From positions 1 through 64,000 of the forward strand of contig JBDRQI010000002.1 in the NCBI GenBank assembly GCA_043826355.1: 64,000 bases of DNA, given 5' to 3'. Each line of letters begins with the position of its first letter. Position 1 is the first letter of the stretch. The notes below the pieces were generated by a model that worked only from the letters and a program-made list of their open reading frames with translations, was not told the DNA's origin and made no database searches. A program made the position numbers and the translations under genes. Positions 1 to 10,162 of the stretch are shown here, one piece after another. This DNA is from Candidatus Omnitrophota bacterium (GTDB taxonomy: Bacteria > Ratteibacteria > UBA8468 > MWAK01).

Positions 1-177
1 CGCTTTTTCTTTTTCTGTTATTTCGGCTAAGGCTTTTTCCCAGCCGCTTATCTTTTGGTTGAATTCTGCCTTCGCCGCAACTGACTCTTCCGCTCTCGCC
101 GCGCTGACAATTAAAAACGACCAGAGACTGAACGCTGCCAAGATACCCCACAAAATCTTTCTTTGTTGCGTAGACAT
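1..177 (-). CDS. Secreted protein, N-terminal part only (runs off the window start)
   Basis: Manual translation MSTQQRKILWGILAAFSLWSFLIVSAARAEES...; signal peptide with ARA cleavage site; RBS AAGGAG upstream; open to position 1. Confidence 0.75.
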   Translation of the reverse strand, partial: MSTQQRKILWGILAAFSLWSFLIVSAARAEESVAAKAEFNQKISGWEKALAEITEKEKA

Positions 178-205
178 TATTCAATTCTCCTTACATGAAA
201 GAATA

Positions 206-2989
206 TCACCGTATATGCACGATAGTCACGTCATTCGCCGGAATGACCAGATTCATCTTCTCCGGCTGAAGTACCCTGCCGGTTCCGTATATGCGGGCAG
301 TCTGCCCCGAACCAGTCTCCGCGTTCGCAAGCACCACCGGTAATGGTTTATCCCCTTCGTTGAAGAGCAGTACCAGCCGCTCGTTCCCCTTTTTTAGCAC
401 CAGCAGGTTCGGATAGGCAATTTGTCCCGAAGATGCAAGAGCATCGGCCCGTTCGCCCCGGGCAAATAAATTTTCATACTCCGCCAGAATCCGTGTCGCT
501 TCCCCGATCCAGTAACGGACACCGGCGCATAAAACATCTGTTCCCTCGGACAGGTCAACGCCTCCGTGAAATGCCGTCACGATGCGCAGTATCTGGCTCT
601 TCCAGTTTTGCGGTTCGACAAGACCGCTGTGGGACGAAATTGCAACATTTTTCCAGCCGTCCTTAGACACATCACGGAGGAATTGGAACTGTTGGCCGAC
701 GATGTTGTTTTTGAAGCCGAGTTCCCCGTAATAGGTGGCCTGGTCATCCAGTGTTTTCTGCAGATGGCTCCCGGCCGGGTTGAAGCCCGGATACCCGGGA
801 AAAGGAATATCTATCTTCCCGCGGCAATTGTCCCAGAAGCCACTGTTGTGCGCCCAAGAGTATACCATATATTTCTTCCCGAGCGCGTGGCATATTTCGG
901 TGATTTTTTTCTGAATTTCAGAGTCCTGGAAATTTCGGAACGCCAGCCATTTCTCACGATACTGCTCCACAAGCGCCTGGTCGGTCAGGTTCAAGTCCGC
1001 AGGCAGGTTGGCATACGTCCGAAACGCCGTTTTGCACCGGTCACAAAAACAATGCGTGCCGGTGCCGTCCGGATTGATATTGTAATATTCCCAATCGAGA
1101 AAGACAGTGTCCACCGGCAGCGGGTGATTATCTTTGTCGGTCACATCCGCCAGCAAAGCGGTGTAATCGTCCCGCACGGCCGTATCGAAACTACCGTCGT
1201 CATCCGTTAAAACATACTGGGTGCAGTAAGCATAGCCGGTGGCGTCATTAGTCCCCCATTGCGGAGTATCGTTGTAGAACCTGGCGTGCGCAGCCGGGTG
1301 CTTGACCAGCCAGTCATGATAGTTGTCAGACGCTCCCGATAAATTAACACCGTAGTTTAACGGCATGTTAATATGCGGCCAGAGAATGAACTTGCTATTG
1401 GCCTTGGCGATGCAGTTGTAAAACAATTTTTCAAAATCATGCCAGTTGGTTCCCATCCACGGAACAGGACTGTGTGCGTATGCATTGATGCCGGCGGCCG
1501 CATCCTGCTGAATGAGCGTCTCGAGATGCTCGGGGGACAGGGTGGATAAAGAGAGCGGAAAGTGGTAGAAGACCTTGATGCCGGCCGGCTGCTTTCCGTT
1601 GACCGCCGGCAGTATCCGCACCGGGATGGTCTGCGTCAGTTCCGTGAAGTTCCCCTGCGCCCTCCGTTGATAATAGAAGTTGCACGTCTCGTAACTCGGC
1701 GTCCCGTTCATCTTAAACGGCAGCATCGTCCAGTCGGTCTTGTCCGGCGTCACCTCTCCGGCCGCGTGGAACATCCGGTACCGCCGGTACGATCTTCTGT
1801 CCCGTTGAATCTCCTCCGTCGTTATTCTGACCGGCCGGTTGTTCAAAACGTAACGCGGAACGTAATTGCTCTTGTCAAGCAACCGGAATTCCGCCGGGAC
1901 CTCGAATACGATTTCGTAATCCGACAGTGGAAACGTCAGCGGCGAATAAAGCGCCCAGTGGAACGTCTCCATTCCTTTGCGTGAGAATCCCCATTCCTTC
2001 GTCTGCGGGGCGATACACCGGTTCGGACCGTAATGGGTCTTGTTCCAAAGAACGAGTTGCCGCAGGAAAATCGTTTTTGACGAAGAATCCCCGGTCCAGA
2101 TGTACCCGTCCGTTCCGGTTGCCGGTTGTTTCCACAAACGGTCGTCGAACGCGGTGTCCGTCCAACGGGGCTCATCCTTCGTACCAACCTTCCACCGTCC
2201 GTCTGTTTCCGGATGCCCGGCTATAGCCACCGATACGCCGGGAGCGTCTCCGGTCGCTTCGCCGGTCACACATATCGGAATGAGGCCTTCGGACACTTGC
2301 ACCGTCGCCGCGCCGTTTACCATCGGAACTTCTTTCCCGGCGACGTAGAGATGCACTTTTGCATTACGTCCCGCAACGATGAATTTAATGTCGGTCGTGA
2401 CCGGCGCTTCGAGGCCGGACGATATGCCGGAATTTTCCGCCGGATCGAACGTCAGCGAGGCATCGTCAAAGTACGCCACGGATTTTTCACCGAAGAGCGA
2501 AATAGCAAACATTCCCCCGGCGATTATCGGGTTATCCGTTGGTTTGTACACTACCTCTAACTTCTTCCATTCCGGGGTCAGTTGCAATTCCCCTGTGATG
2601 AAATTCGTGCCCACCCAAATGGTCTGCGAATACTGGTAGACTTGGAGGGTTACACTACCGGTTCCCTTGGCCCAAACGGACATCCGGTAAGTTGCCTTCG
2701 GGTTGACCGGGAATTTCTCCGATTTGAACGCACAGTATCCCCATTCGTGCAGTTTGGCTTCAAACTGCACGGCGGTTTTTCCCGTGCGGGCATCCGCCGC
2801 CGGCGTGAGTACGCCGGCGTTATTGACTATCCACTCCTTGAACGCGCCGTTTTCCGCCTGTTCGAACCCGCCGTCTTTCAGTAATTCCACCGGCGCCGTC
2901 CACACCGCCCGAGGCAGAAACAGGCCGGAAAGCAGCATGACCGCCACCATTCCCGGATACACCCGCCAAAATAGTCGTTGAGCAGACAT
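206..2989 (-). CDS. Secreted CBM4/9-like domain plus putative glycoside hydrolase-like TIM barrel (927 aa)
   Basis: Signal peptide; LLKDGGFE...YFDDASL CBM-like N-terminus; DWE and HCFCDRC (GH42-like Zn motif) in the C-terminal half. Confidence 0.7.
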   Translation of the reverse strand: MSAQRLFWRVYPGMVAVMLLSGLFLPRAVWTAPVELLKDGGFEQAENGAFKEWIVNNAGVLTPAADARTGKTAVQFEAKLHEWGYCAFKSEKFPVNPKATYRMSVWAKGTGSVTLQVYQYSQTIWVGTNFITGELQLTPEWKKLEVVYKPTDNPIIAGGMFAISLFGEKSVAYFDDASLTFDPAENSGISSGLEAPVTTDIKFIVAGRNAKVHLYVAGKEVPMVNGAATVQVSEGLIPICVTGEATGDAPGVSVAIAGHPETDGRWKVGTKDEPRWTDTAFDDRLWKQPATGTDGYIWTGDSSSKTIFLRQLVLWNKTHYGPNRCIAPQTKEWGFSRKGMETFHWALYSPLTFPLSDYEIVFEVPAEFRLLDKSNYVPRYVLNNRPVRITTEEIQRDRRSYRRYRMFHAAGEVTPDKTDWTMLPFKMNGTPSYETCNFYYQRRAQGNFTELTQTIPVRILPAVNGKQPAGIKVFYHFPLSLSTLSPEHLETLIQQDAAAGINAYAHSPVPWMGTNWHDFEKLFYNCIAKANSKFILWPHINMPLNYGVNLSGASDNYHDWLVKHPAAHARFYNDTPQWGTNDATGYAYCTQYVLTDDDGSFDTAVRDDYTALLADVTDKDNHPLPVDTVFLDWEYYNINPDGTGTHCFCDRCKTAFRTYANLPADLNLTDQALVEQYREKWLAFRNFQDSEIQKKITEICHALGKKYMVYSWAHNSGFWDNCRGKIDIPFPGYPGFNPAGSHLQKTLDDQATYYGELGFKNNIVGQQFQFLRDVSKDGWKNVAISSHSGLVEPQNWKSQILRIVTAFHGGVDLSEGTDVLCAGVRYWIGEATRILAEYENLFARGERADALASSGQIAYPNLLVLKKGNERLVLLFNEGDKPLPVVLANAETGSGQTARIYGTGRVLQPEKMNLVIPANDVTIVHIR

Positions 2990-3079
2990 TATTCAATTTT
3001 CCTTCCGGTAGGAATAATATAGTTTGCAAGTCCAGGGAAAATAAAACTCCCTGGTTTTACGACGAAGAATTACGGTTCA

Positions 3080-6037
3080 TCAAATCTTTCCGAATATTTC
3101 TATTTCATTGAAATACGGGTTACCGCTCTTAATCAACACCCTTATCTTTTTTGTCTTTACGGGACTAAATGTATTAAGGAGAACGGTTGACTCGGCTTCT
3201 TTTTCAGAACAGTCCACGTATTTATTCTGCCTGCTGTCCCAGCGGAGATACTTTTTGGTTACCGTTGGTTCGGGTACTCTAAGCCAGCCATTGCCGCCCC
3301 AGTACTCCAGTTCATAGTTTTCCGAAGCGAGCCCCCCACCGTAAATCTTAATTTCAGCCACTTCTTTTTCTTCCTTAATCTCCACTTCTATCCACTGGGG
3401 ATAGAAGTCGTATATGGGCGACCACCGCGCGTAAGCTCCGTACCCGCCGTTTATTGCCGCGGAAGTACGGCTAATCCCAACGACCGATGAAGATTTTGTT
3501 TTGGCGCCGTTGAGGTAATGGGCAAAGTTTCTTTCGGGGACCTCCGGGTAAGTACCCGGTCTTGACCATTCTTCCCGGTACTCTTTTAATAATCTCTGAA
3601 GCGCCAGTTCCGGTAAATCTTTTTTAGTGGTGTAGACATGGACTTCATTTCCTTCAAAACTATCAATGAACGCACCCTTCTTGACCTTTACGGTTCTGTC
3701 TTCGGATAAAACCCTCAGTTCGGTAGCCCCGAGCCCGGTTACGGTAATTTTTGCCCGGGATTCTGCGTAGGTTGGGTTGGCAGTAAAGATATAGGTGTCA
3801 CCGTCATATTCCTTGAGCATAACATCAATCCGGGCATCATCGTTCTCCAATTCCACTTCGGCTTTCTTTTTTGATTCAGGAGAAAGAAGGACCGGCATTA
3901 AAAATTTTATTTCGGCGGTTAAAGCTTTGGCTCCTTCCCAGTACTTGGGATAGTCTTTAGCCTGCTCGGGGAGCATCCCGAAATTCCACCAGGAAAGCCC
4001 TTTTGCGCCGTGGATTATCGAGATGTAGGTGCTGCAGCGTAATTCCTGCAGGGTTGGCACCCGGCCAACCTCATCCGCAATTTCTCGTTTTGGCCACTCT
4101 TCGTAGCTTTGGATATTGCTGAACTGGTTTACGGTCCAGATAGGCTTTTTGCCTTGGGCAAATTTTCTGACATTATCCATATGGCCGGCAACCGCATACG
4201 CTCCCTCGGACTTCAGGTTTTTCCCGGAAATTTTATCTATCCAGTAGAGGGGGTAAGGGTCAATCGCGATGATATCGACGTACTTGCCCAGGGTAAAAGG
4301 AGCGAAAACCGCGAAGACCGCCCAGGTGGGATGGTAGGGGTCAGCCTTTTTGACCGCATTGACCGCTTCCTCAAATACTTTTTCGGTCAGGTTGGGCCAG
4401 AGGTTGGGTTCATCCGCGATACACCAGCCGAAGACCGCGGGGTGGTTTTTTAATTCATTAATAAATTTTGTGATTTTTTCTACATTTCCCTTTGCCAGGT
4501 CATCCGCCGGTATGTCTACCAGAACACATAATTTATATTTCCAGGCCTCGTCCAAGAATTTTTTGTAATCGGCCGTAGAAGGATAACTCCCCCCGTAATT
4601 GATAATCAGGTTAAACCCGGCATCAGCTATCTCCGACAAATCAGGATTATCGTACACGCAGTACATCGAAAACGGAAAGAAACCTTGCCCGTTTACCTCG
4701 AAGAACAGGTCTTTAGATATCCTGACCAAGGAACCGGTTGTTGTCTTCTCCACCACGTTAAGGTTGATAGTATTCCGGGCTATCTCCCGGTCTCCTTTTT
4801 GTAACCGTGCCCGGATGGGATAAGTTCCGGTACCAAGTTCCGGCGGCAGTTTCAGGTTTACCTCGATTTCTTTTTCGGTTGTTGATTGTTTTGCAGTCGC
4901 CAAAACATTCTTGTTCTGGTCCATCAGGGATAGCTCTGTCTCTAACTCTTCCCTTGTCTGTACCGCTGTTTTCAGACTTATAATTACCGCTTCTTCTCCC
5001 CGAAAAACATTATCGTGAAAAACATTACCGTCCGGCGGATAGACAAATTCGGTCTTAAAGAAGGGTTCCGGGAGAACCTCAAACATGTTCTGACAGATGA
5101 TTTGCCCCTTATTCAGAAGTGAAATCGTTGTTTTGTAAATTCCGGTATTCCCGAACGGTATTTTGGTTTCAAACAACGTTTCTTTATCCAGAGATATCTC
5201 CTTTGCAACCTCCGTTATGTTACCTTCCGGAAAAGTTACTTCAGACTTTACGGTAAGAGCCTGGACTTTTCCCGTGCCGTTTTCTATTACCACCTTCAGG
5301 GTGGGTTGAAAGTCTTCGCCGTACCCCGTAAAGGCTTCTTTTATCTGATAGCGATATCGGTTGTAGTCGATATTCACCCCGGCCAAAGTCCCGAACTGTT
5401 TAACGTTATGGAAATCAGGTCCGGTCGCTACCCACTGGCTCAACTCGGATTTCGGTTGTTGCTCCCGGCAAAGATTGAAACCCCAGGTATTACCGATTTC
5501 AGGACCGAAGTTAAAGATATAGAGAGGGATTCGGAACTCCGCAACCCAGAATCCCTTTCCCCGGCCGGTTTTTACCTCCCAGTCAAAGTCTTCGCTGAGC
5601 AGGAATCCTTTTCCGCTGTCCCGGCCTTCCGTTTTTGTTCCGATGGAATTGGCCGCAAAAAAATAGTATTTCCTTCTGGTCTGGCCCGGGTCGATAAATA
5701 CCTCCACGCAGTCATCGGTCCAGACCATACCGTCGTGTGTCGTTACTTCTGCTTTAACCTTATCAAGCTGACTCTCAAAACATTTGACGCCAATATAGAG
5801 GTTTTCGTCATCGTAGAGAAAGTACGCCTGGGTTTGTTCTTCCGGGCCGGTGTCGCCGGATTTTTTCACAAAACGTTTGATAGTTGCGCCATTTTCCCAG
5901 GCCTTTTCCAGAACTCCGTCTATCTGTGGTTTCACTTTAGTGCGCACTGCGTTTAAAACCGTTTCGGCGCTCACCATTCCCGCAGGACACAGGAATATTG
6001 CAACGAACAATATTTTCCACATCGTTGTTTTCACCAT
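3080..6037 (-). CDS. Secreted CBM9-like/DOMON domain, clan GH-A-like TIM barrel and discoidin-like domain (985 aa)
   Basis: P.IDG.L...W, DDCVEVFIDP, WVAEFRIP, WGFNLCRE; HPAVFGWCIADEP, DPYHP, DPYP, IIHGAKG; C-terminal PQWIEVE...EIEIFG. Confidence 0.75.
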   Translation of the reverse strand: MVKTTMWKILFVAIFLCPAGMVSAETVLNAVRTKVKPQIDGVLEKAWENGATIKRFVKKSGDTGPEEQTQAYFLYDDENLYIGVKCFESQLDKVKAEVTTHDGMVWTDDCVEVFIDPGQTRRKYYFFAANSIGTKTEGRDSGKGFLLSEDFDWEVKTGRGKGFWVAEFRIPLYIFNFGPEIGNTWGFNLCREQQPKSELSQWVATGPDFHNVKQFGTLAGVNIDYNRYRYQIKEAFTGYGEDFQPTLKVVIENGTGKVQALTVKSEVTFPEGNITEVAKEISLDKETLFETKIPFGNTGIYKTTISLLNKGQIICQNMFEVLPEPFFKTEFVYPPDGNVFHDNVFRGEEAVIISLKTAVQTREELETELSLMDQNKNVLATAKQSTTEKEIEVNLKLPPELGTGTYPIRARLQKGDREIARNTINLNVVEKTTTGSLVRISKDLFFEVNGQGFFPFSMYCVYDNPDLSEIADAGFNLIINYGGSYPSTADYKKFLDEAWKYKLCVLVDIPADDLAKGNVEKITKFINELKNHPAVFGWCIADEPNLWPNLTEKVFEEAVNAVKKADPYHPTWAVFAVFAPFTLGKYVDIIAIDPYPLYWIDKISGKNLKSEGAYAVAGHMDNVRKFAQGKKPIWTVNQFSNIQSYEEWPKREIADEVGRVPTLQELRCSTYISIIHGAKGLSWWNFGMLPEQAKDYPKYWEGAKALTAEIKFLMPVLLSPESKKKAEVELENDDARIDVMLKEYDGDTYIFTANPTYAESRAKITVTGLGATELRVLSEDRTVKVKKGAFIDSFEGNEVHVYTTKKDLPELALQRLLKEYREEWSRPGTYPEVPERNFAHYLNGAKTKSSSVVGISRTSAAINGGYGAYARWSPIYDFYPQWIEVEIKEEKEVAEIKIYGGGLASENYELEYWGGNGWLRVPEPTVTKKYLRWDSRQNKYVDCSEKEAESTVLLNTFSPVKTKKIRVLIKSGNPYFNEIEIFGKI

Positions 6038-6073
6038 TCCGGAAACCTCCGTTTGACCCGCAAAAAATACTTT

Positions 6074-6107
6074 AGCCCAGTTAGAAAGATTAATTTCTAA
6101 CTGGGTT
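6074..6107. repeat. Inverted repeat CCCAGTTAGAAA-N6-TTTCTAACTGGG (palindromic element or terminator)
   Basis: 12-bp perfect arms in the intergenic spacer. Confidence 0.7.
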
Positions 6108-6148
6108 AGCCTATTTTTTTGTTTTTGGAAAACGCGGGACCGTAATAC

Positions 6149-6811
6149 TTATTCTAATATTTCCAACTTTTTCTTCGGGCTTTTTTTCAAGAGTTTCAAG
6201 TCAGCGACATAAAACTTTCCTTTGTTCCCCGTGTTTTTGTTAATCGCCGGAAATAGAATATCGATTCTATGCAACTGTTTCAAGACGACCTGGTGACCTT
6301 TCAGTTCGTCATTTCCCCAAGCGTAGAAGAAAGAGTCGATTGGAATCTGATACTCCTTCCATTTTTCAGAGGCGGAGAAAGAAAACCTCTGCGACAGGAA
6401 TCCACCGCCATCCCGGGTGTTCAGGGTTATATTGTCACATGCCAAATCACCCTTAAGCCAGAAACTGAGATAGGCATATTCTTCGATATCCTTTTCCTTC
6501 GCAGCGATACCGGTTACATCCAGAGTTATCCGCATGGTGCAGGCTGGAAGCTCGGCGGGTATGTCGTATTCTATCTCCAGACAATTATTTCCGGCCGGGC
6601 CTTCCTTTTCCAGAATTTTAAAGTGTACATAGTTGGAGAATGGCGGGTCCCATGCTATCCAGCGCATTGCCCCGGTGAAGTCATCAAGAATCAGCGCCCC
6701 TGTTTTCCGCTGGTTATTTTCGGCTTCAGCCGGTCCCAGGCTGAGGATGAGAATACTTATTAACAGGAATCCCGCAGATAATTTTTTACCCCATAAAATC
6801 TTTCTGTTCAT
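6149..6811 (-). CDS. Secreted CBM11/CIA30-like carbohydrate-binding protein
   Basis: Start moved to ATG 6811 (RBS AGGGG); signal peptide; LDDF, LSFWLKGD, WKEYQIP motifs. Confidence 0.7.
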   Translation of the reverse strand: MNRKILWGKKLSAGFLLISILILSLGPAEAENNQRKTGALILDDFTGAMRWIAWDPPFSNYVHFKILEKEGPAGNNCLEIEYDIPAELPACTMRITLDVTGIAAKEKDIEEYAYLSFWLKGDLACDNITLNTRDGGGFLSQRFSFSASEKWKEYQIPIDSFFYAWGNDELKGHQVVLKQLHRIDILFPAINKNTGNKGKFYVADLKLLKKSPKKKLEILE

Positions 6812-6887
6812 TATTCCCCTTTTTAAGCCTACAAATCGCGGGAATCGGGCGGATATCCTCGGGTGTTGATTAAGCATGCCTGCGATA

Positions 6888-7463
6888 TTAATCTCCGGAT
6901 GCTTCTGTCAGCTGGATATTGTCAAACCAGGCAATACCTCCGCTGCCAATGTTATAGAGCATGATAATCGCATCGTCAACTTTCGGACCGGTTTTAAATT
7001 TTAGTTCAAAATGTTCCCAGGTATTAAGCCCTTTTTCCGGATTTTTACCGCACCAGTTGTATGTCCAGTCCAGATGAGTTTTTTCTTTCGGTTTTTCCAG
7101 GACGGCAACACAGATGGTACCTTTAGCGGTGGTCCTTTGGATATCCGCTTTTACGATATACTCTTGCAATGGTTTAAGTTTTCCGGCTAAATTCTGTTGA
7201 ATAGCCACAAATAAAGGTGTGTCGGTTGTTGCACCGTCCGATTTCAATGAGAATTCGCTATCGGTAGAAGTGGAATCATCCGGAGCTATTCGTTCCGGGT
7301 GATGTGCGGAGTCTATATTCCAAGATTCCAGACCGTTTTCAAAACTTCCGTTAACAATAAGATTTGTTCCCGGAGTTCCCTGGGCTGAAGCTGTAAAGCA
7401 GCTCCCGCTCAGCATAAACATAAATATGATAGTTCCCCAGATTAGAATTCTCTTTCCCTTCAT
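6888..7463 (-). CDS. Secreted CBM4/9-like carbohydrate-binding protein
   Basis: RBS GAGGAG; signal peptide; NLIVNGSFE...WFDNIQL. Confidence 0.75.
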   Translation of the reverse strand: MKGKRILIWGTIIFMFMLSGSCFTASAQGTPGTNLIVNGSFENGLESWNIDSAHHPERIAPDDSTSTDSEFSLKSDGATTDTPLFVAIQQNLAGKLKPLQEYIVKADIQRTTAKGTICVAVLEKPKEKTHLDWTYNWCGKNPEKGLNTWEHFELKFKTGPKVDDAIIMLYNIGSGGIAWFDNIQLTEASGD

Positions 7464-7708
7464 AATCCTCTCCTCTTTTTTAGCAACCATCTTGCAATGG
7501 TTGATCCTTATTGTTTTCGTAAAACGACATTTTATCTCTCACCCTCTGAAGTTGTCAATCAAAGGGCGAAGCGCGCTAACTGATTAGTTTCTCCGGGGCG
7601 GCTTTCTGATAGCCGGGAGAAAGGCAGGCATGCTTCCGGGTTGTTTGTATTGACCGGTCAAAAGGGTGGTCCAATTTTCAGGAATATTATAATTCCGTAT
7701 AATCAATT

Positions 7709-8677
7709 TCAGGGTTTAAGATACAAAAGCATCTCTTCGGATAACACAACTTCGGATGCTTTTAAGCTTTCTTTCAATTGCTCTACAGATTTTGGACCAA
7801 TGATAGGTATGGTAACAAACGGATGAGATGTTAAATAGGCAAGCGACACTTCCGTTACGGATTTTTGCAAAACGGAAACTATCTTTTTTAGCCTTTCAAA
7901 TATTAAGATATTTTTTTCGCTATAATATAATTTTTTTAAGCCTTCATCCAGCCCGGCTTCACCAAGCTTGCTTAATTTCGAAAAAAACCCCCTTGCCTGC
8001 GAAGAATACGGAATGGCGGCAAGGCCTGTCGTTTTATGAAACTCTATTGTTTCGGCGTCCATAGCAACGATGGTTTTATCGGGGAAATCTTTTAAAGTCG
8101 GCGCTGCAAGACTCCACCACATTTGGTTTGCAACGAAACCTTGCAGATTATGCTTACCGGCGTAATCCATCACCTGCTTAATTCGCTGAACAGTCCAGTT
8201 AGAACACCCAAAATACTTAATTTTCCCCAACCGCATCTGCTCATTTAACATATCCACAAAATGTGCTACCGGCCTTGACGGATCGTCACGATGGAGCCAG
8301 TATAAATCAATATAATCTGTCTGCAAATTTTCCAGGCTCTGGTTTAACTGACCCACAATACTTTCAGATGAAGAAGAATTGGGGGTGTATGTGCTGAGGT
8401 CGTAGCACCCGCCTTTTGTTCCCACGATAATCTTTCGCCGGTTTCCTCTTTTTTTAATCCACCGGCCAAGGGTTTTTTCGCTGAGACACTTACCCTTCGC
8501 GCCCTTTATCCAGTCAGCATAATTATGTGCCGTGTCCAGGAAGTTGCCGCCTTTTTCATGAAAAGCATCCAGCAGGTTAAAAGATTTTTGTTCGCTAAGG
8601 TCACTACCGATGAGGGAAAGACCCAAGCATATGGCTGAGACATTCAATTCGGTCTGTGGAATATTTTTATATTTCAT
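7709..8677 (-). CDS. Aldo/keto reductase
   Basis: GGNFLDTAHNY, TKGG, LQTDYIDLYWLH, GCSNW, PIIGP. Confidence 0.9.
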   Translation of the reverse strand: MKYKNIPQTELNVSAICLGLSLIGSDLSEQKSFNLLDAFHEKGGNFLDTAHNYADWIKGAKGKCLSEKTLGRWIKKRGNRRKIIVGTKGGCYDLSTYTPNSSSSESIVGQLNQSLENLQTDYIDLYWLHRDDPSRPVAHFVDMLNEQMRLGKIKYFGCSNWTVQRIKQVMDYAGKHNLQGFVANQMWWSLAAPTLKDFPDKTIVAMDAETIEFHKTTGLAAIPYSSQARGFFSKLSKLGEAGLDEGLKKLYYSEKNILIFERLKKIVSVLQKSVTEVSLAYLTSHPFVTIPIIGPKSVEQLKESLKASEVVLSEEMLLYLKP

Positions 8678-8739
8678 GTCGTTGCCATCCGGTTATTTAT
8701 AAGGGGAAAACAGAAAACCTATCTGCCGGAAAAAGATAA

Positions 8740-9564
8740 TCAGGGTTTTTGCAGGACAAAATTGAGGTATTCTTTCTTTCCGGTTATAAAAGATTTGTAC
8801 GCGCCGGTTCCTTTTACCCCCGCTAACGCCATAGACGGTTTATGGAGCAATTTCGGCACCAGCCTCTTGATAAGTTTTTCTCTGCGTTCGCTGTCTAAAT
8901 CCAGCGCTTTAATAATATTGGGGGTTATTATTTCTTCTTTTACGATTTTCAGACCAGAACTGCGCAATTGTTCTCGTAAAAGGCCTATGGAATTTTTATT
9001 TCTAAAATCAGACAGCAGAAAATATCCTCCGGGCTTAAGGACCCGGTCAACCTCGGAAAAAAACCGGCTGATGTTGGGATAGCCATGGGAAGATTCAACG
9101 CCGATAACTACATCCAGGCTATTGTTTTGGAACGGCAGTTTCAGTGCGTTTCCGCAAACAAAAGACATCCCTTCAACAGCATAATATTTTGCGCAGAACT
9201 TAACGGCCCTGCGGCAGAGGTCAAGTCCGGTTACGGAACCGGGGTTAAAATATCTGGCTACATAGGAAGTTCCGCCCCCTCTTCCGGAACCCACCTCTAA
9301 CACATCCAGGCCTTTCAGTTCCACGGGAAGAGAGGCAACAATGTGATTGTAAAGTTGGATGCAATATCGGTTTTTATCGTCCTCTTTGCGCAACTCTAAT
9401 TTCAGGTTATCATCGGCATAGCCGTAATTAAGAAAAATGGCTTCCGCGTCCTTGTCCAGCCTGCTCGCATAGGAATATATAAAATGGCCCATCCTCGTAA
9501 AAAACATATCCAGGAGTACCTTTGGACTGTTGGTTATTTTTTTTAATGTCACCCGGTTCCTCAC
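8740..9564 (-). CDS. Class I SAM-dependent methyltransferase (resembles lipid/fatty-acid O-methyltransferases)
   Basis: FLNYGY, VLEVGSGRGGG, VESSH, RVLKPGG. Confidence 0.85.
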   Translation of the reverse strand: MRNRVTLKKITNSPKVLLDMFFTRMGHFIYSYASRLDKDAEAIFLNYGYADDNLKLELRKEDDKNRYCIQLYNHIVASLPVELKGLDVLEVGSGRGGGTSYVARYFNPGSVTGLDLCRRAVKFCAKYYAVEGMSFVCGNALKLPFQNNSLDVVIGVESSHGYPNISRFFSEVDRVLKPGGYFLLSDFRNKNSIGLLREQLRSSGLKIVKEEIITPNIIKALDLDSERREKLIKRLVPKLLHKPSMALAGVKGTGAYKSFITGKKEYLNFVLQKP

Positions 9565-9614
9565 GCTAATTTGCGTTCAAAAATAGAGCATACCGGCTTG
9601 AATTCAAATTGGTA

Positions 9615-10076
9615 TCAGATTTTATAGGTCTGGATTACCTCGTTGGCCAGGAGCCGGCTGGCGATAATCGCCGCTTTCTTTGCTGGAATATTTTTGCCGT
9701 ACAGCAGATAACGCCTGGCGGTGGAGACCGTAAATTCACCGGTTATATCCAGGTCTGATATCCCTTTCCGGGCGGTTTCGCCTACCGTATCCGTAACCCC
9801 CTCCTTAAACCAGACCTCCACGGATACTGCCCCCCTGGGCAAAGCCCGTTTTCCGTAATAAAAATCCTGGGTTATCGGGTCCGACAGAAGTTCCCGGGCA
9901 ACTTTCTGTAAATTGGCCGGTGAAATTTTTCCTTTTATCCAAAAGATAGAACCGGTTTCCACGGCGGCAATACCCTTAACGCCCAAATCCAGGATATCGC
10001 TGCAGAGTCCCCGGCTGCCTGAGTCAAAGACGCCCTTCCGGTACCAGACTTCAATCCGATGGTTATCCATAAACAT
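9615..10076 (-). CDS. purS: PurS-like protein with two tandem PurS-type domains
   Basis: IEV..KGVFD...LLSDPITQ followed by VEV.FKEGVTD.VG...LLANEVIQTY; downstream of purC. Confidence 0.7.
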   Translation of the reverse strand: MFMDNHRIEVWYRKGVFDSGSRGLCSDILDLGVKGIAAVETGSIFWIKGKISPANLQKVARELLSDPITQDFYYGKRALPRGAVSVEVWFKEGVTDTVGETARKGISDLDITGEFTVSTARRYLLYGKNIPAKKAAIIASRLLANEVIQTYKI

Positions 10077-10080
10077 TATT

Positions 10081-10162
10081 TCATTGCGAGCGTAATCTGA
10101 GCGGCAATCCCGTTTTCCAGGGTTTGAGATTGCCACGCCACAAACAACGCTCCTCGCAATGA
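10081..10162. repeat. TCATTGCGAG...GCAATC...GATTGC...CTCGCAATGA palindromic repeat
   Basis: 10-bp terminal inverted repeats plus internal GCAATC/GATTGC pair; related half-copies at 52509-52546 and 19216-19254. Confidence 0.8.

Noticed and set aside
7560..7640. Nested hairpin as a possible c-di-GMP riboswitch
   Set aside because: The consensus motifs are missing; it is only a generic stem-loop
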